This document shows positions 38,869-49,344 of a stretch of DNA of 64,000 nt, one piece after another. The stretch is from Selaginella moellendorffii (lineage: Eukaryota > Plantae > Lycopodiophyta). A model generated the notes under the pieces. That model was not told where the DNA came from, ran no database searches, and worked only from the letters and a program-made list of their open reading frames with translations. A program made the translations under genes and the position numbers. Numbering within the stretch: the first letter of the stretch is position 1; every line of letters starts with the position of its first letter. The stretch spans positions 506,731 to 570,730 of the forward strand of contig NW_003314358.1 in the NCBI RefSeq assembly GCF_000143415.4, read 5' to 3'.

Positions 38869-39789
38869 CTGAGATGGAGTCTAAAATGGAGTCTAAGATG
38901 GAGTCTAAAATGGAGTCTAATATGGACCTGAGAGAGAGTTTGAGATGGACCCATAAGTCCGAGGTCAAGGCTAAGACCGAGGTGGAGGCCAAGAATGAGA
39001 CCGAGACTGAGACTAAAACTGAATTTGACCGAGACCAAGTCCAAATCTGAGTCCGAGGGTGAAAGCCCAAAGCAATCGTCTCTTAGACCCTAGAGGTTTT
39101 GGTGAGCTCCAAAAGTATAGTAGGTGGAGGACTCTAGTGGAGCCAGTTTGGCCAAAAAAGGTTAGTGTGACCAAGGAAAGCTATACCTATATGGTGGGTG
39201 ATGCATAATTATTGAGGAGTCCAAGGCTAAAATAAATATAGATGAACAAATAAAGTAACTTGGTGAAGTGTTCAAGAGTTGGTTCTAGCTCCCCTGGGAG
39301 ATCAAATGGTCAATACTCTCAATCTAAGTGTGGGTAGCACTATCTACTTGGATACCTGGCATGGCTTATTGAAACCTCACTTTAGCCACATAGCTAGAAC
39401 ACCCAAAGGCGGAAGGTAGGGAGAGTATTCACAAGGCTCATATAAGACTATGGTGTTTTAAAATGTCATCCCAAAGTCCTAGACTATAAAAAGGAAAAGG
39501 AACAATCCTTTTATGTAATAAGTGGTATAGATACTATTTACAGGGCTAGCATATCCCTAAGTTTAGAATAGGACTTATGGAGATTGTGAGTGAAACTCTT
39601 CCAAGTGTGTGGTTAAGTGACTAAAATAGAATGGAAAAATTTAGTCACTTACATAATCTCTACTACAAAAGGTTAAATGTCAATGCTAATCAACACTTTA
39701 CATGTTACATAATGTTTTCTTCTCTTGCCCAAGTAATTAGCCACCTCCCATTGGCTAAGAACAAATATTAGTATCATTATTAACAATTA

Positions 39790-41235
39790 TTTAAGGCCAG
39801 ACAAAGAATCTTGTCAGCTGGAATGTTGCTATTGCAGTAATTGCCACAGCTGGGGATCTGGAGGAGGCACAATGATTTTTTGATGGGATGCTTTTCTACA
39901 GTCTCGTGTCATGGACAACGATGATCATTGCATATATGGATTGTGGAATGGTTGATGAAATGAAAAATTTGTTTCTTGCACTAGTGCACAGAGACGTCAT
40001 TTGCTGGAATGTAATGCTTTTGTGTTATGTCCAAAACTGGCATCTGGAGGAAGCCATTGCCCTCTTCAATGAGATGCCAAAGCAAGATGTTTTGTCATAT
40101 ACAAAGATGATATCAGTTTTTTCATCAGGAAATGATTTAGAAAATGCAAAGGATCTGTTTGATTCTATGCCATTATGAACTGTAGCTGCTTGGAACTCTA
40201 TGATTATGGCAAATGCTATGAATGGGCAAATTGAAAAGGTGGCCATTGTTTTCTTTGAGATGCCCAAGTGGGACTGCTGCTCATGGAATAGCCTCCTGGG
40301 TGCGATCGTGGAGTCTGGGAGGATTAATGATGCAATCATGATGTTTTAGAGAATCCCTTTCAGAGACACAGTTTCATGGAACTTGATGATTGCGGCAATG
40401 GGTTCTCGCGGTCATATCCACAAGGCGCAAGCTCTCTTTGTCATGATGCTGCAGAGAAATGCTGTCTCTTGGAGCACAATGATTAGAGCTTAAATGCAGC
40501 AGGGACTGGCCGTGGACACAAAGATCGTGTTTGATTCCATGGAGTCTCATGACACGGTCGCGTGGAACTCACTCCTGGAGGCCTACCTCGTGAGTGCGAG
40601 CAATCAAGTGGGCGATGCTAGGAAAGTGTTTGATTCCATGCCTGATCGAGACCTGGTGTTGTGGACATCAATGATCTCCACCCATACCACACAGGGCTAG
40701 ATGCGTGCCCTTTGATTCCATGCTGTGGTGCGTCATGGCAGCGTGGAACACAATCATCTCCAGCTATGCAAGGAGCGGCAATCTCAATGAGGTGCAGCTC
40801 CTCTTTGGTCGGATGCCCCATTGCAACACCATGACGATCAATGCCATGGTCGCAGCACTCGCGTTTGGTGGCAAGATTGAGCAGGCCAAGCTCCTCTTTG
40901 ATCAATTTGCATTGCCGAACTCCACAATCTCCATGCTCAAGGACTGGGCGAGGCATATGACCAGTCCAGGAGCATCAAGGAAGCTAGGGCACTGTTTGAT
41001 CACTTAATTGGGACTCTAGTATGATCAGAGTGATCATTGATGCGTATGCCTAGATTGTCGGATCTTCTCCCATCCCAATACTGCGAGTTACCATGATCGC
41101 AGCATTGGCCTTGAATGGGCATTTGCACAAGGCAAAGATCCTCACGATCTTCCGTGCCATGCCAAATCCAACTCTAGTCTCCTGGACAGCAGTGATCACT
41201 AGCATCGCCCACAATCCTGGATTGCATTGATCAGG
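39790..41235 (+). pseudogene. PLS-class pentatricopeptide repeat pseudogene (31-aa repeats)
   Basis: Repeated motifs such as LFNEMPKQDVLSYTKMI and VFDSMPDRDLVLWTSMIS. Several in-frame stops and frameshifts. Boundaries approximate. Confidence 0.85.
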
Positions 41236-41492
41236 TTCCAACAGGAGGGCTGGAACTCTAGCAAGATGTGCTACAGAACACATGCATGTCACATGCATTG
41301 TAGCACCTTCTTCTCTTGCCCCATGCAGTTGGCCGCTTCCCATTAGCTGGGAGCAAAATCAACATGATTATTTGCTAAGACATGGTTAAAGAAATACCCT
41401 TTTGAATCTCTTCCTTATTATTATAGATGACTTAAGAATATATATTTATATTTATATATAAATACCACATTAGACTAAATATAAATTATATA

Positions 41493-42488
41493 TCAACATA
41501 ACTCTTCCGGATTTGCTTCCAGTTGTGACTCCTCTTGAGCCTGCTCTTCTGGTTGTGATTGTGCTTGGGGCTGCTCTTCCGATTGTGCTTGAGGTTGCTC
41601 TAGCTCAGTTTGAGGTTGCTTTTCTGTTTGTGGCTCCGGTTGATCTTCTCGTTGTGGCTCTGCTTGTGGCTGCTCTTCTGGCTGTGACTCTGCTTGGGGA
41701 TGTTCTTTTGGTTGTGGCTTTGTTTGGGGCTGGTCTTCCGGTTGTGGCTCCGCTTGAGGCTGCTCCTCCGGTTGTGGCTCTGGTGGAGGTTGCTCTTCTA
41801 GTTGTGGCTCTGCTTCAGGCTGCTCTTCCAGTGGTTCTTCATGGTTTTCTTCTTCTGCTGGCTGCTCTTCTCCTTCTTCAACATCTTCCTGCACTGCTTG
41901 TTCCTCTTGTTGGATAACGTCACCTTGATCTCTCTTGGGCCTCATTGCAGAATCGTCACCAGAAGATGAGTTGTGGTTGAGTGCAATAGTAACCAGCTCC
42001 TCATGTCCATTTTCAAGATAGGGCTTAATCTCATACCTGTGTGAACTCGGGATTGATTCTTGTAAAGAGTGTCAAGCAGAACTTTCTCGGGATTGTCAGG
42101 ATCAACACGAACTCTACGACAAGTGGCTTATTTCAGAGTCACATTCTGGATAACCCGAAACGCCCCCCCACCTGTGATATTAACTTTGCCATCAAACTCA
42201 CAAAGCAAAAGTGCATACATGCCTCATCGTCGATTTTCAGATTCTCTTTGACGAAGTTCACCACATCCAACGCCAACACAGAGGACTCAAATTTAGCGCT
42301 CCCAGCTACTTTAGCTGCTACGGTAGCTATGGTTGCAAAGCGTGTGAGAGATGATACTACAGTGCTGGTTCCAATGGCTGTAATCAGAGGTACTGATTCT
42401 GCAAGAAGAAGACCAGCCCCTGCCTCAGCAATGGCAAGTACGAGAGCAATGGAACCGATGGCAAAACTGGCCGCAATCTTCACCATGT
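41493..42488 (-). CDS. Probable spliced gene of unknown function: hydrophobic N-terminal part plus acidic Q/E/P-repeat C-terminus
   Basis: ORF 41,493-41,945 (open upstream to ~42,065) has ~30-nt repeats encoding QPEEQPQAEP. The upstream ORF MVKIAASFAIG... is hydrophobic. Exon structure not resolved. Confidence 0.4.
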
Positions 42489-43905
42489 ATGTGTCGCTGG
42501 TGTTGTTGGCAATTGTGCATATAAGAAGAGCGCAGCAACAGCTTCTTAGATCTGTGTTGCCGGCGTTCCCCCCTCCCAGCGCTACCCCACAAGGATGCTC
42601 TTGGATGCTTTTCGTGTAGCATGTGATCAGAAGTGCCTGTTTTTGCTTGGATGATTTCACTGATCAGGTAGCCGAATTGGGGTTTAGGGTCTTAGAGTTA
42701 TGCACTTACTTAGCGATAATGTGGCCATGGGAAGTTAATTCCTCCACACCAGAAGACGACAAACTATGAAGATCAAGTTCATTTTTAAACGACTTACTTC
42801 ATCTTTCTGACTTCCTTCCTGTTCAGATTAGTCAAGGCTCAAATCAACACACGGTTTACTGAAGACGATCCTCAGTTTGGAATTGCAAAGTAGTAGCCAC
42901 ATCCTGCTTCGCTTTCAATGCCTGCATTGACACTGTTTAGGGTATAGCTTGGGCGAGATGAACAAAGAATACTTTCCTGAGGCGAATTCATCAACTCGTC
43001 CACAAGCGAATTGAGTGAAGCTCGAAGCTCTTTCAAATGCACAGCAGTCCGTGCAGCTACATTCATCTTCATCCAGCCGTCCACAGTCGCGTTTCCGAGC
43101 TTCAAACGAACAAGATCATACAACAAAGTTCGTTAATCGTGAATCTTACCTGGTGTTGAACTTTGATAGAACCACCGAAAAGAAGAATAGACAATGGGGA
43201 AATCATTGTCGTATCTCGGAGAGACTTTGGACGTCTCTACCTGCATTCAGAATTCAAGATCAGAAAGAAAGCTTCTCTGTCTGTTTTGACTTACTTTTTC
43301 ATGGAAGACCAAATAGGGGTGCTGAAACTCTTTCAGTTCGGAGTTGATTGACGAGGGATGGATGAAAACTTCCCGACGCCCATCACTCCACCTTGGCTTC
43401 GTTTCTGAAGCAAGACCGGCATGCTGATTGAGGGCGTTTGCATGACCTGCCTTCACGCTTTCCTCCTGCATTGCTGCGAGATTTGGAAAGAATCCCGCGC
43501 ACAACACAGACTGCAAACGGAAAAACTCACTCAGCCAGGAAAAAAAAACCTTGATGACGGCACCAGAGTTTGCATTCTTGTTCAATGGACAATTCAAATC
43601 GTCCAGCCATCGATCAGCATCGGCAGTTCTATACTCTTCTTGGTGCATACAGTTAACAATAGAGTTCAGAATGGGAGGAAAACAGAACCTGTTTGATGAA
43701 GCCAATATCTCTGGGAAGCTTAACGAACTGTAATCGCATTTCTCTGGTCACAACGAACGGGATCAGCTAAGGCAACTTCTGAAACATGGAAACCACCTGA
43801 GCATGTTCAAAACAGGCACGCTTAAAAGGTTTGCCTCTCAAAACTGCTTCGCAGTCCTAGCACCTCCCTGGCAAGGAACATCATAAAGACGAAGTTGATT
43901 CAACA

Positions 43906-44109
43906 CGAGCTTTACCTGTAACAGTATTCGTCTCCAGCTATTATATGCCGCAACGATAACAAGATGATCTGACTGTTGTTTAGCAGCAATGGTGTTGTTG
44001 GAACTCGAGCTTTACCTGTAACAGTATTCGTCTCCAGCTATTATATGCCGCAACGATAACAAGAGGATCTGACTGTTGTTTAGCAGCAATGGTGTTGTTG
44101 GAACTCGAG
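43906..44109. repeat. 100-bp tandem duplication of an exon end plus splice donor in the helicase pseudogene
   Basis: CGAGCTTTACCTGTAAC...GTTGGAACT starts at 43,906 and at 44,006, with one mismatch. Confidence 0.92.
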
Positions 44110-44523
44110 TCGGATGGTTCACTAAAAGACATGCTTTGATCTTTCAGCAGCATCCCTCTGTGCATCAAAAGTTGGGCTCTACAGAGTTGAAACGAAGAAA
44201 CATACCTGGCCAACAGGTGCAACAAACGGAGATTTGTGACTTAGGTAGGCTGCTATGGTAAGTACCGGACCAAGGCAGCCGAGAAGAACACCATACAGCA
44301 TCATCTGTGATTTAAAACGAAAGCATGAACTTGATATCATCAAAATCACAGGAACTACCTTGCCAATATGTACGTCGACGGGCACTGCTGCGAGATGGTA
44401 TCCTAGCGGCGTGATGTTTTCATTTTCAGTCAATGCTCCTACCTGCGCAATCACATGATCAGCTTTCACATCAGCTGAAACAGTACCTCCCGAAGAATGA
44501 ACAATGCACTTTCAACTGCCTCT

Positions 44524-47500
44524 TATTCCGGATAGAAATCACGAATGTACTCTGGAATGCCAGCCGCTGATGGCGCTACGCCCGGGGCCTGCCGGGCGTC
44601 TCTCTTATTGACTATAAGAACTGAACAGACACGACGGGTCAACTTGACCCAAGAGGGAATCACGAATATTCCCTCAATACTCCCACTCAAGTTGAGCTCG
44701 CGATACTTCTTTTCTTCACGCCCAGAGCTTGTACGTGTCGCGCGAACACTGCTGGTGGAAGTGCCTTCGTGAATATATCTGCCACCATCTCCGTGGTAGC
44801 ACAGTAGACGAGTTCCACTTTCTTCACCGCTACCTGTTCACGAATAAAATGAAACTGAACCTGGATATGTTTTGTCCTGCGATGAAATCTTGGATTCTTC
44901 GTCAAGGCAATAGCTCCTTGATTGTCGCAATGCAGAACCGTTGCCTCCCGTTGCTCGTAGCTTAGACCGTTCAGCAGAGTCCTGAGCCAAAGAATTTCCT
45001 TGGCTGCTTGGGTCATCCCGATATACTCAGCCTCTGTGCTCGAGAGAGCCACGATTGGCTGCCGCTGGCTGCTCCATGTAACTGCTGCGCTGCCCAGGCT
45101 GAAGACGTAGCCAGAAGTTGATTTACGCTGATCAACTTCCCCTGCCCAGTCTGCATCTGAGAATCCCCGCAGCTTGAGTTGAGGCTGCTCTTGTTTTGTG
45201 TAGCACAAAACATAATCGGCTGTCCCCTTCAGGTAACGAAACACCCGCTTAACTGCCTGCCAGTGCTGGAAGCCGGGATTTGCCAGGAACTGCGAAGCCA
45301 CTCCCACTGAATAGGCGATGTCTGGCCTGGTACAAACCATGAGGTAGACTAAACTGCCTACCATCTGCCTGTACGGGATCCTCTCCATCACTGCTTTCGC
45401 TGCTTCCGTCTGAGGTGCCATGTCCTTACTGAGGTGCATGCCAACTTCCATTGGCGTTGATGCAGAGTTGACGTCACTAAGCCTGAATTTCTGGAGGAGC
45501 TCTTCAATATATTTCTTCTGAGACATTTCGAGTGTGCCCTTCCTCCTGTCTCTGAAGATCTGGATGCCAAGACAGTACTTGACGCTCCCAAGGTCCACCA
45601 TCTTGAATCTCGAGCTGAGATCTTTCTTCAGTTGATGAATCAGCTTCTTGCTTTTGCTGAGGAGCAAGCAGTCGTCCACGTACAAAGCCAACAGCACCAG
45701 GAGAGCTCCCACTTGCTTAATATACACATTAGTGTCTGCAGAGAGACTCTCGAAGCCAAGGGCAAGAAGAAACGAGTTCATCTTTGCGTACCAGGCACGA
45801 GGCGATTGCTTCAGGCCGTAGAGGGCCTTCTTGAGCTTGCACACCAAGTGCTCTCGTCCTTTGGCAATAAATCCGGCTGGTTGCTCAATGTAGACTTCCT
45901 CCTCCAAGTCACCATTCAGGAACGCCGTCGTTACATCCATGTGCTCGACGTGCATGTCTTCGTGAGCTGCTAAGTTGTAGAGAAGTCGAATTGATGCAAG
46001 CTTCACCACTGGTGAAAAGGTCTCATAGAAGTCGACTCCTTCGACTTGTGAGAATCCTCTCGCAACAAATCTGACTTTGTAGCGCGTGTCTCCATCAGGT
46101 CCTGTCTTGAGCCGCAAGAGGAACTTGGTCTTAATCACCTTCCTCCCAGGTGGCAGCTCCACAAGATCCCAGGTCTTGTTCTCCATCAATGAGCTGTACT
46201 CAGCTTGACGAGCAGTGCGCCACTGATCTGCATCAGGTCCGGCAAGAGCTTCTTCCATGGTCTTCGGAACAAGTGCATCTCGGCCATGGCTGAAGAGAAG
46301 GAGAAGCTGGTTCTCGCCTTGCTCCCCTTCTTCCTCCATGCTAGAGTTGGCAAAATAAAAGGCTGGATCGTAAGAGGTCTCAGGAATTGGCACTGTCACT
46401 GATCTGTCTCTAGCAGCCTTGGTTTCTTGCCGAGAAGCCCGCTTAGCTGCTTGTATGTCCAGCTGCTCCCTGTATTGACGGCCAGCCTCTGTGAGTGCGC
46501 GCTCACGGCCAGAACGTCTCAAACTGCCCTCACTATTTTCAGCCCTGGTCCTGCCAACAGTGCGCTCACCACCGTGGTCTTCCTCGCCGCTGACTGGGTT
46601 TTCTGTTCTAGCGCTCCCACTGGTTCCAACGCCTGCTGTGTCGAGTGGCAAGCCTTCAGCTTCAGGGAGCAAGCCCTCACCTCCATTTGGATCGCCTCCA
46701 GCACCATCCACGCTCTCTGCACCGTCCTCGTTGCCTCCTGGATCATCCTGGTCGCCGTTTCCATTCCCCTGGCCGGCTCCTTCAGCTCTGCCTCGTGTGA
46801 CTGCGCGTGCCCTAACTGGAAATTCGTTTTCACTTTCTTCCGAGTCATCCGCAGCTACTTCCGTGGGAGAAAACTGTGGCGGTGGCAGGAGATTTCTTGT
46901 CGCATACGTCCTGGACTCGTCAAAAATGACGTCCCTGCTCACGATCATTTTCTGAGTTTCGAGGTTGAAGAGCTTATAGCCCTTCATTGTGTCTGCGTAT
47001 CCAACAAGGACACACTTTTGACTTGTGCTTGCGAGTTTATCTCTGTGCTTTTTCAGCACATGCGCATAGCAAATGCTTCCAAAAACACGTAGATGGCTCA
47101 CATCTGGTTTTACACCATACCACGCTTCATATGGGGTCTTCCCTGATACAGCTGCTGTAAGCTGGCGGTTACGCAAGTATGCCGCCGTTGCGATGGCCTC
47201 ACACCAAAACGAGTTTGGTAAGCCAGAGTCTCGCAAGAGAGTTCGTGCTGCCTCCTGAAGTGTGCGATTCATACGCTCTGCTACACCGTTCTGCTGCTGT
47301 GTGTCAGGGATTGAAAATTGCCGCTGTATTCCAGAGGAAATACAAAAACTGGCAAATTCCTTGGATGTATACTCCCCACCTCCATCACTTCTTAGCATTT
47401 TGATTCTCTTTCCTGTCTGCAACTCCACCTGAGCCTTGTATTCCTTGAATTTCTGGAAGGCTTCTGACTTGAGCTGGAGGAACTTCACTGCTACGATTCG

Positions 47501-49344
47501 TGAGTAGTCGTCTATGAAGGTCACGAAGTATAGCTTCTTGTCTCTGGAAAGTGTGGGCATATTGCCAGAGAGATCAGAATGAATCAGTGCTAGAGGTTCT
47601 TTAGCACAATTAGTGGCTATCTGTGGAAAAGGGAGCCGGTGATGTTTACCGAGTGCACACGGCTCACAAAACTTCATCGCACTTGATGAAGTGATGCCCA
47701 AACCTTTTACCATCTCTTTTGCCGCTAGTTCTTTGATGTCCTGTAGGTTGGTGTGGCCGAGTCTCCTGTGCCATATCTGGAGGTCCACTGCTTTTTTCGT
47801 CCCAGCAAAAAAAGCTTTTACTGGCTTCACCACCTCGGCATTAAGTTGATAGAGACCGGCCTGTCTGCTCCCACAAGCTATTCCATTTCCATTCACGTCT
47901 GTGATTGCACACATCTTTTTTGTGAATGTGATCTCCAGATCACGATCAGCAATCTTTCCCACTGAGAAGAGTGTCTTGTTCAGTCCAGGAACATAGTAAA
48001 CATTCTTCACGCTGGCAATCTGTCCTGTTGGCAGCTTGATGTCGATCGTCCCAACACCCTCCACCTTGTATGAGTAGTCGTTGCCAAGAAAAATTCGCTT
48101 ATTTCCTGGGACCTTCTTCAACGTGGTGAAAAATTTCCTGAGGTGCGTCATGTGTTTGTTTGCCCCAGAATCAAGGTACACCACTTCTGCTTCTGTGCCA
48201 AGAGTGTTCTTCACAACCTGCTGGATACTAGTGGCCATGAACAAGCTGCCATGGTCGTCCACATCCTCCTGGTTGTCTTCCTCGCTACTTTCTGCTGTCC
48301 TGGCAAAGTTGGCAGACTTGTTCTTTCTTGCTGCCAGTCTCTTTGCCTCAGCTTTTCGAGCCTCCTTAGCTTTCTTGGCCTCTTCGTCTGTGCAATCTCG
48401 TGCCCAGTGCCCTGGTTTCTTGCAAATGTTACAGCGATCATTCTTCTTTTTCTTCTTCAACTTTTCTGGTTTGCTGCTCTCGCCCTGATCGTTCGTTGGT
48501 CCTAGTCTGTCCCACACTGTGACAGATCGTTTCCCCTTTCCTGCGAAGAGTGCCAATTCTTTCTCATTTGAGCTCGCTTGCCCTGACTTGAGAAAACCCT
48601 CCAACGCTGTGAGGTCGGCTACGATCTGGCTGAAAGTGTTACTGGAACTTAAATGATGCGACCCTGCGAGTTGCATTGGTCCGCTAAGCCCCTTGAAGAA
48701 AGCTGTGATCAGCTCATCTTCATCGAAGTCCTTCATTTGAACTGCATCGATCTGCTTGGCGATGTCTACAAGAGCACTGGCAAAATCACTTACGGATTCT
48801 GCCTCCCCCTGTTTACGGCTGTTCAGCTGTAATTTGAGTTCCAGCAATCTTGCTCTGGTTGTTGTACCAAGGATCGCACACACAGCATCCCAGTTTTCCT
48901 TCGCCGTCTTGTCAATGTCAAGGTAGCTTCGATATTTCTTTCCGAGGCCTCGTCCCAGGACCCCTAAAGCTTTGTTATTCTTGGCGTCCCACTCCTTTTT
49001 CTCATCTGCATCGTCCTCTGGCTTGAGGCTGCTCTCGATCACGCTCCAGAGATCCTTTTCCATGAAGTAAAATAGCATCTGAGTTTTCCATGACTGGAAA
49101 TCCTTGCCATCGTACACTTCCAAGGTTAAGGAAGATGAGGGTGCCATCTTTCTTTTTCAGAGTGGGACGTGATCCTGCTCCGATACCATATTCCGGATAG
49201 AAATCACGAATGTACTCTGGAATGCCAGCCGCTGCTGGCGCTACGCCCGGGGCCTGCCGGGCGTCTCTCTTATTGACTATAAGAACTGAACAGACACGAC
49301 GGGTCAACTTGACCCAAGAGGGAATCACGAATATTCCCTCAATA
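44524..49344 (-). mobile_element. Intact Ty1/copia retrotransposon with 156-bp LTRs (44,524-44,679; 49,189-49,344) and TA...TA termini
   Basis: TSD CCTCT at 44,519-44,523 and 49,345-49,349. LTRs differ at one position. PBS TGGTATCGGAGC at 49,177-49,188. PPT TTGAGTGGGAG at 44,680-44,690. Confidence 0.97.
44687..49147 (-). CDS. Ty1/copia Gag-Pol polyprotein, 1,486 aa, uninterrupted
   Basis: CNICKKPGHWARDC knuckle. PR LDSGA. IN WHRRLGH/CEPC/DDYSR/SDGGGEY/NGVAER. RT YVDD. RNase H SDADWAG...TEAEY...CDNQ. Domain order IN-RT-RH. Confidence 0.97.
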   Translation of the reverse strand: MAPSSSLTLEVYDGKDFQSWKTQMLFYFMEKDLWSVIESSLKPEDDADEKKEWDAKNNKALGVLGRGLGKKYRSYLDIDKTAKENWDAVCAILGTTTRARLLELKLQLNSRKQGEAESVSDFASALVDIAKQIDAVQMKDFDEDELITAFFKGLSGPMQLAGSHHLSSSNTFSQIVADLTALEGFLKSGQASSNEKELALFAGKGKRSVTVWDRLGPTNDQGESSKPEKLKKKKKNDRCNICKKPGHWARDCTDEEAKKAKEARKAEAKRLAARKNKSANFARTAESSEEDNQEDVDDHGSLFMATSIQQVVKNTLGTEAEVVYLDSGANKHMTHLRKFFTTLKKVPGNKRIFLGNDYSYKVEGVGTIDIKLPTGQIASVKNVYYVPGLNKTLFSVGKIADRDLEITFTKKMCAITDVNGNGIACGSRQAGLYQLNAEVVKPVKAFFAGTKKAVDLQIWHRRLGHTNLQDIKELAAKEMVKGLGITSSSAMKFCEPCALGKHHRLPFPQIATNCAKEPLALIHSDLSGNMPTLSRDKKLYFVTFIDDYSRIVAVKFLQLKSEAFQKFKEYKAQVELQTGKRIKMLRSDGGGEYTSKEFASFCISSGIQRQFSIPDTQQQNGVAERMNRTLQEAARTLLRDSGLPNSFWCEAIATAAYLRNRQLTAAVSGKTPYEAWYGVKPDVSHLRVFGSICYAHVLKKHRDKLASTSQKCVLVGYADTMKGYKLFNLETQKMIVSRDVIFDESRTYATRNLLPPPQFSPTEVAADDSEESENEFPVRARAVTRGRAEGAGQGNGNGDQDDPGGNEDGAESVDGAGGDPNGGEGLLPEAEGLPLDTAGVGTSGSARTENPVSGEEDHGGERTVGRTRAENSEGSLRRSGRERALTEAGRQYREQLDIQAAKRASRQETKAARDRSVTVPIPETSYDPAFYFANSSMEEEGEQGENQLLLLFSHGRDALVPKTMEEALAGPDADQWRTARQAEYSSLMENKTWDLVELPPGRKVIKTKFLLRLKTGPDGDTRYKVRFVARGFSQVEGVDFYETFSPVVKLASIRLLYNLAAHEDMHVEHMDVTTAFLNGDLEEEVYIEQPAGFIAKGREHLVCKLKKALYGLKQSPRAWYAKMNSFLLALGFESLSADTNVYIKQVGALLVLLALYVDDCLLLSKSKKLIHQLKKDLSSRFKMVDLGSVKYCLGIQIFRDRRKGTLEMSQKKYIEELLQKFRLSDVNSASTPMEVGMHLSKDMAPQTEAAKAVMERIPYRQMVGSLVYLMVCTRPDIAYSVGVASQFLANPGFQHWQAVKRVFRYLKGTADYVLCYTKQEQPQLKLRGFSDADWAGEVDQRKSTSGYVFSLGSAAVTWSSQRQPIVALSSTEAEYIGMTQAAKEILWLRTLLNGLSYEQREATVLHCDNQGAIALTKNPRFHRRTKHIQVQFHFIREQVAVKKVELVYCATTEMVADIFTKALPPAVFARHVQALGVKKRSIASST

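Larger units (their letters stand above)
11807..39653 (+). mobile_element. Outer host element: non-coding family C LTR retrotransposon (5' LTR end at 11,848; 3' LTR 38,024-39,653) containing most of the other insertions
   Basis: LTR end TTGCTTACA (11,848), then PBS TGGTATTAGAG. PPT ATGGGTGGTGGAAT before TGTGAGACACA (38,024). LTR ends CACTTACA (39,653). Internal DNA is AT-rich with no pol ORF. Confidence 0.8.

Noticed and set aside
46427-47092. Antisense or alternate-frame ORFs over the copia, element D pol, transposase and ParB-fusion genes
   Set aside because: Shadow ORFs of real coding frames, with no recognisable motifs.
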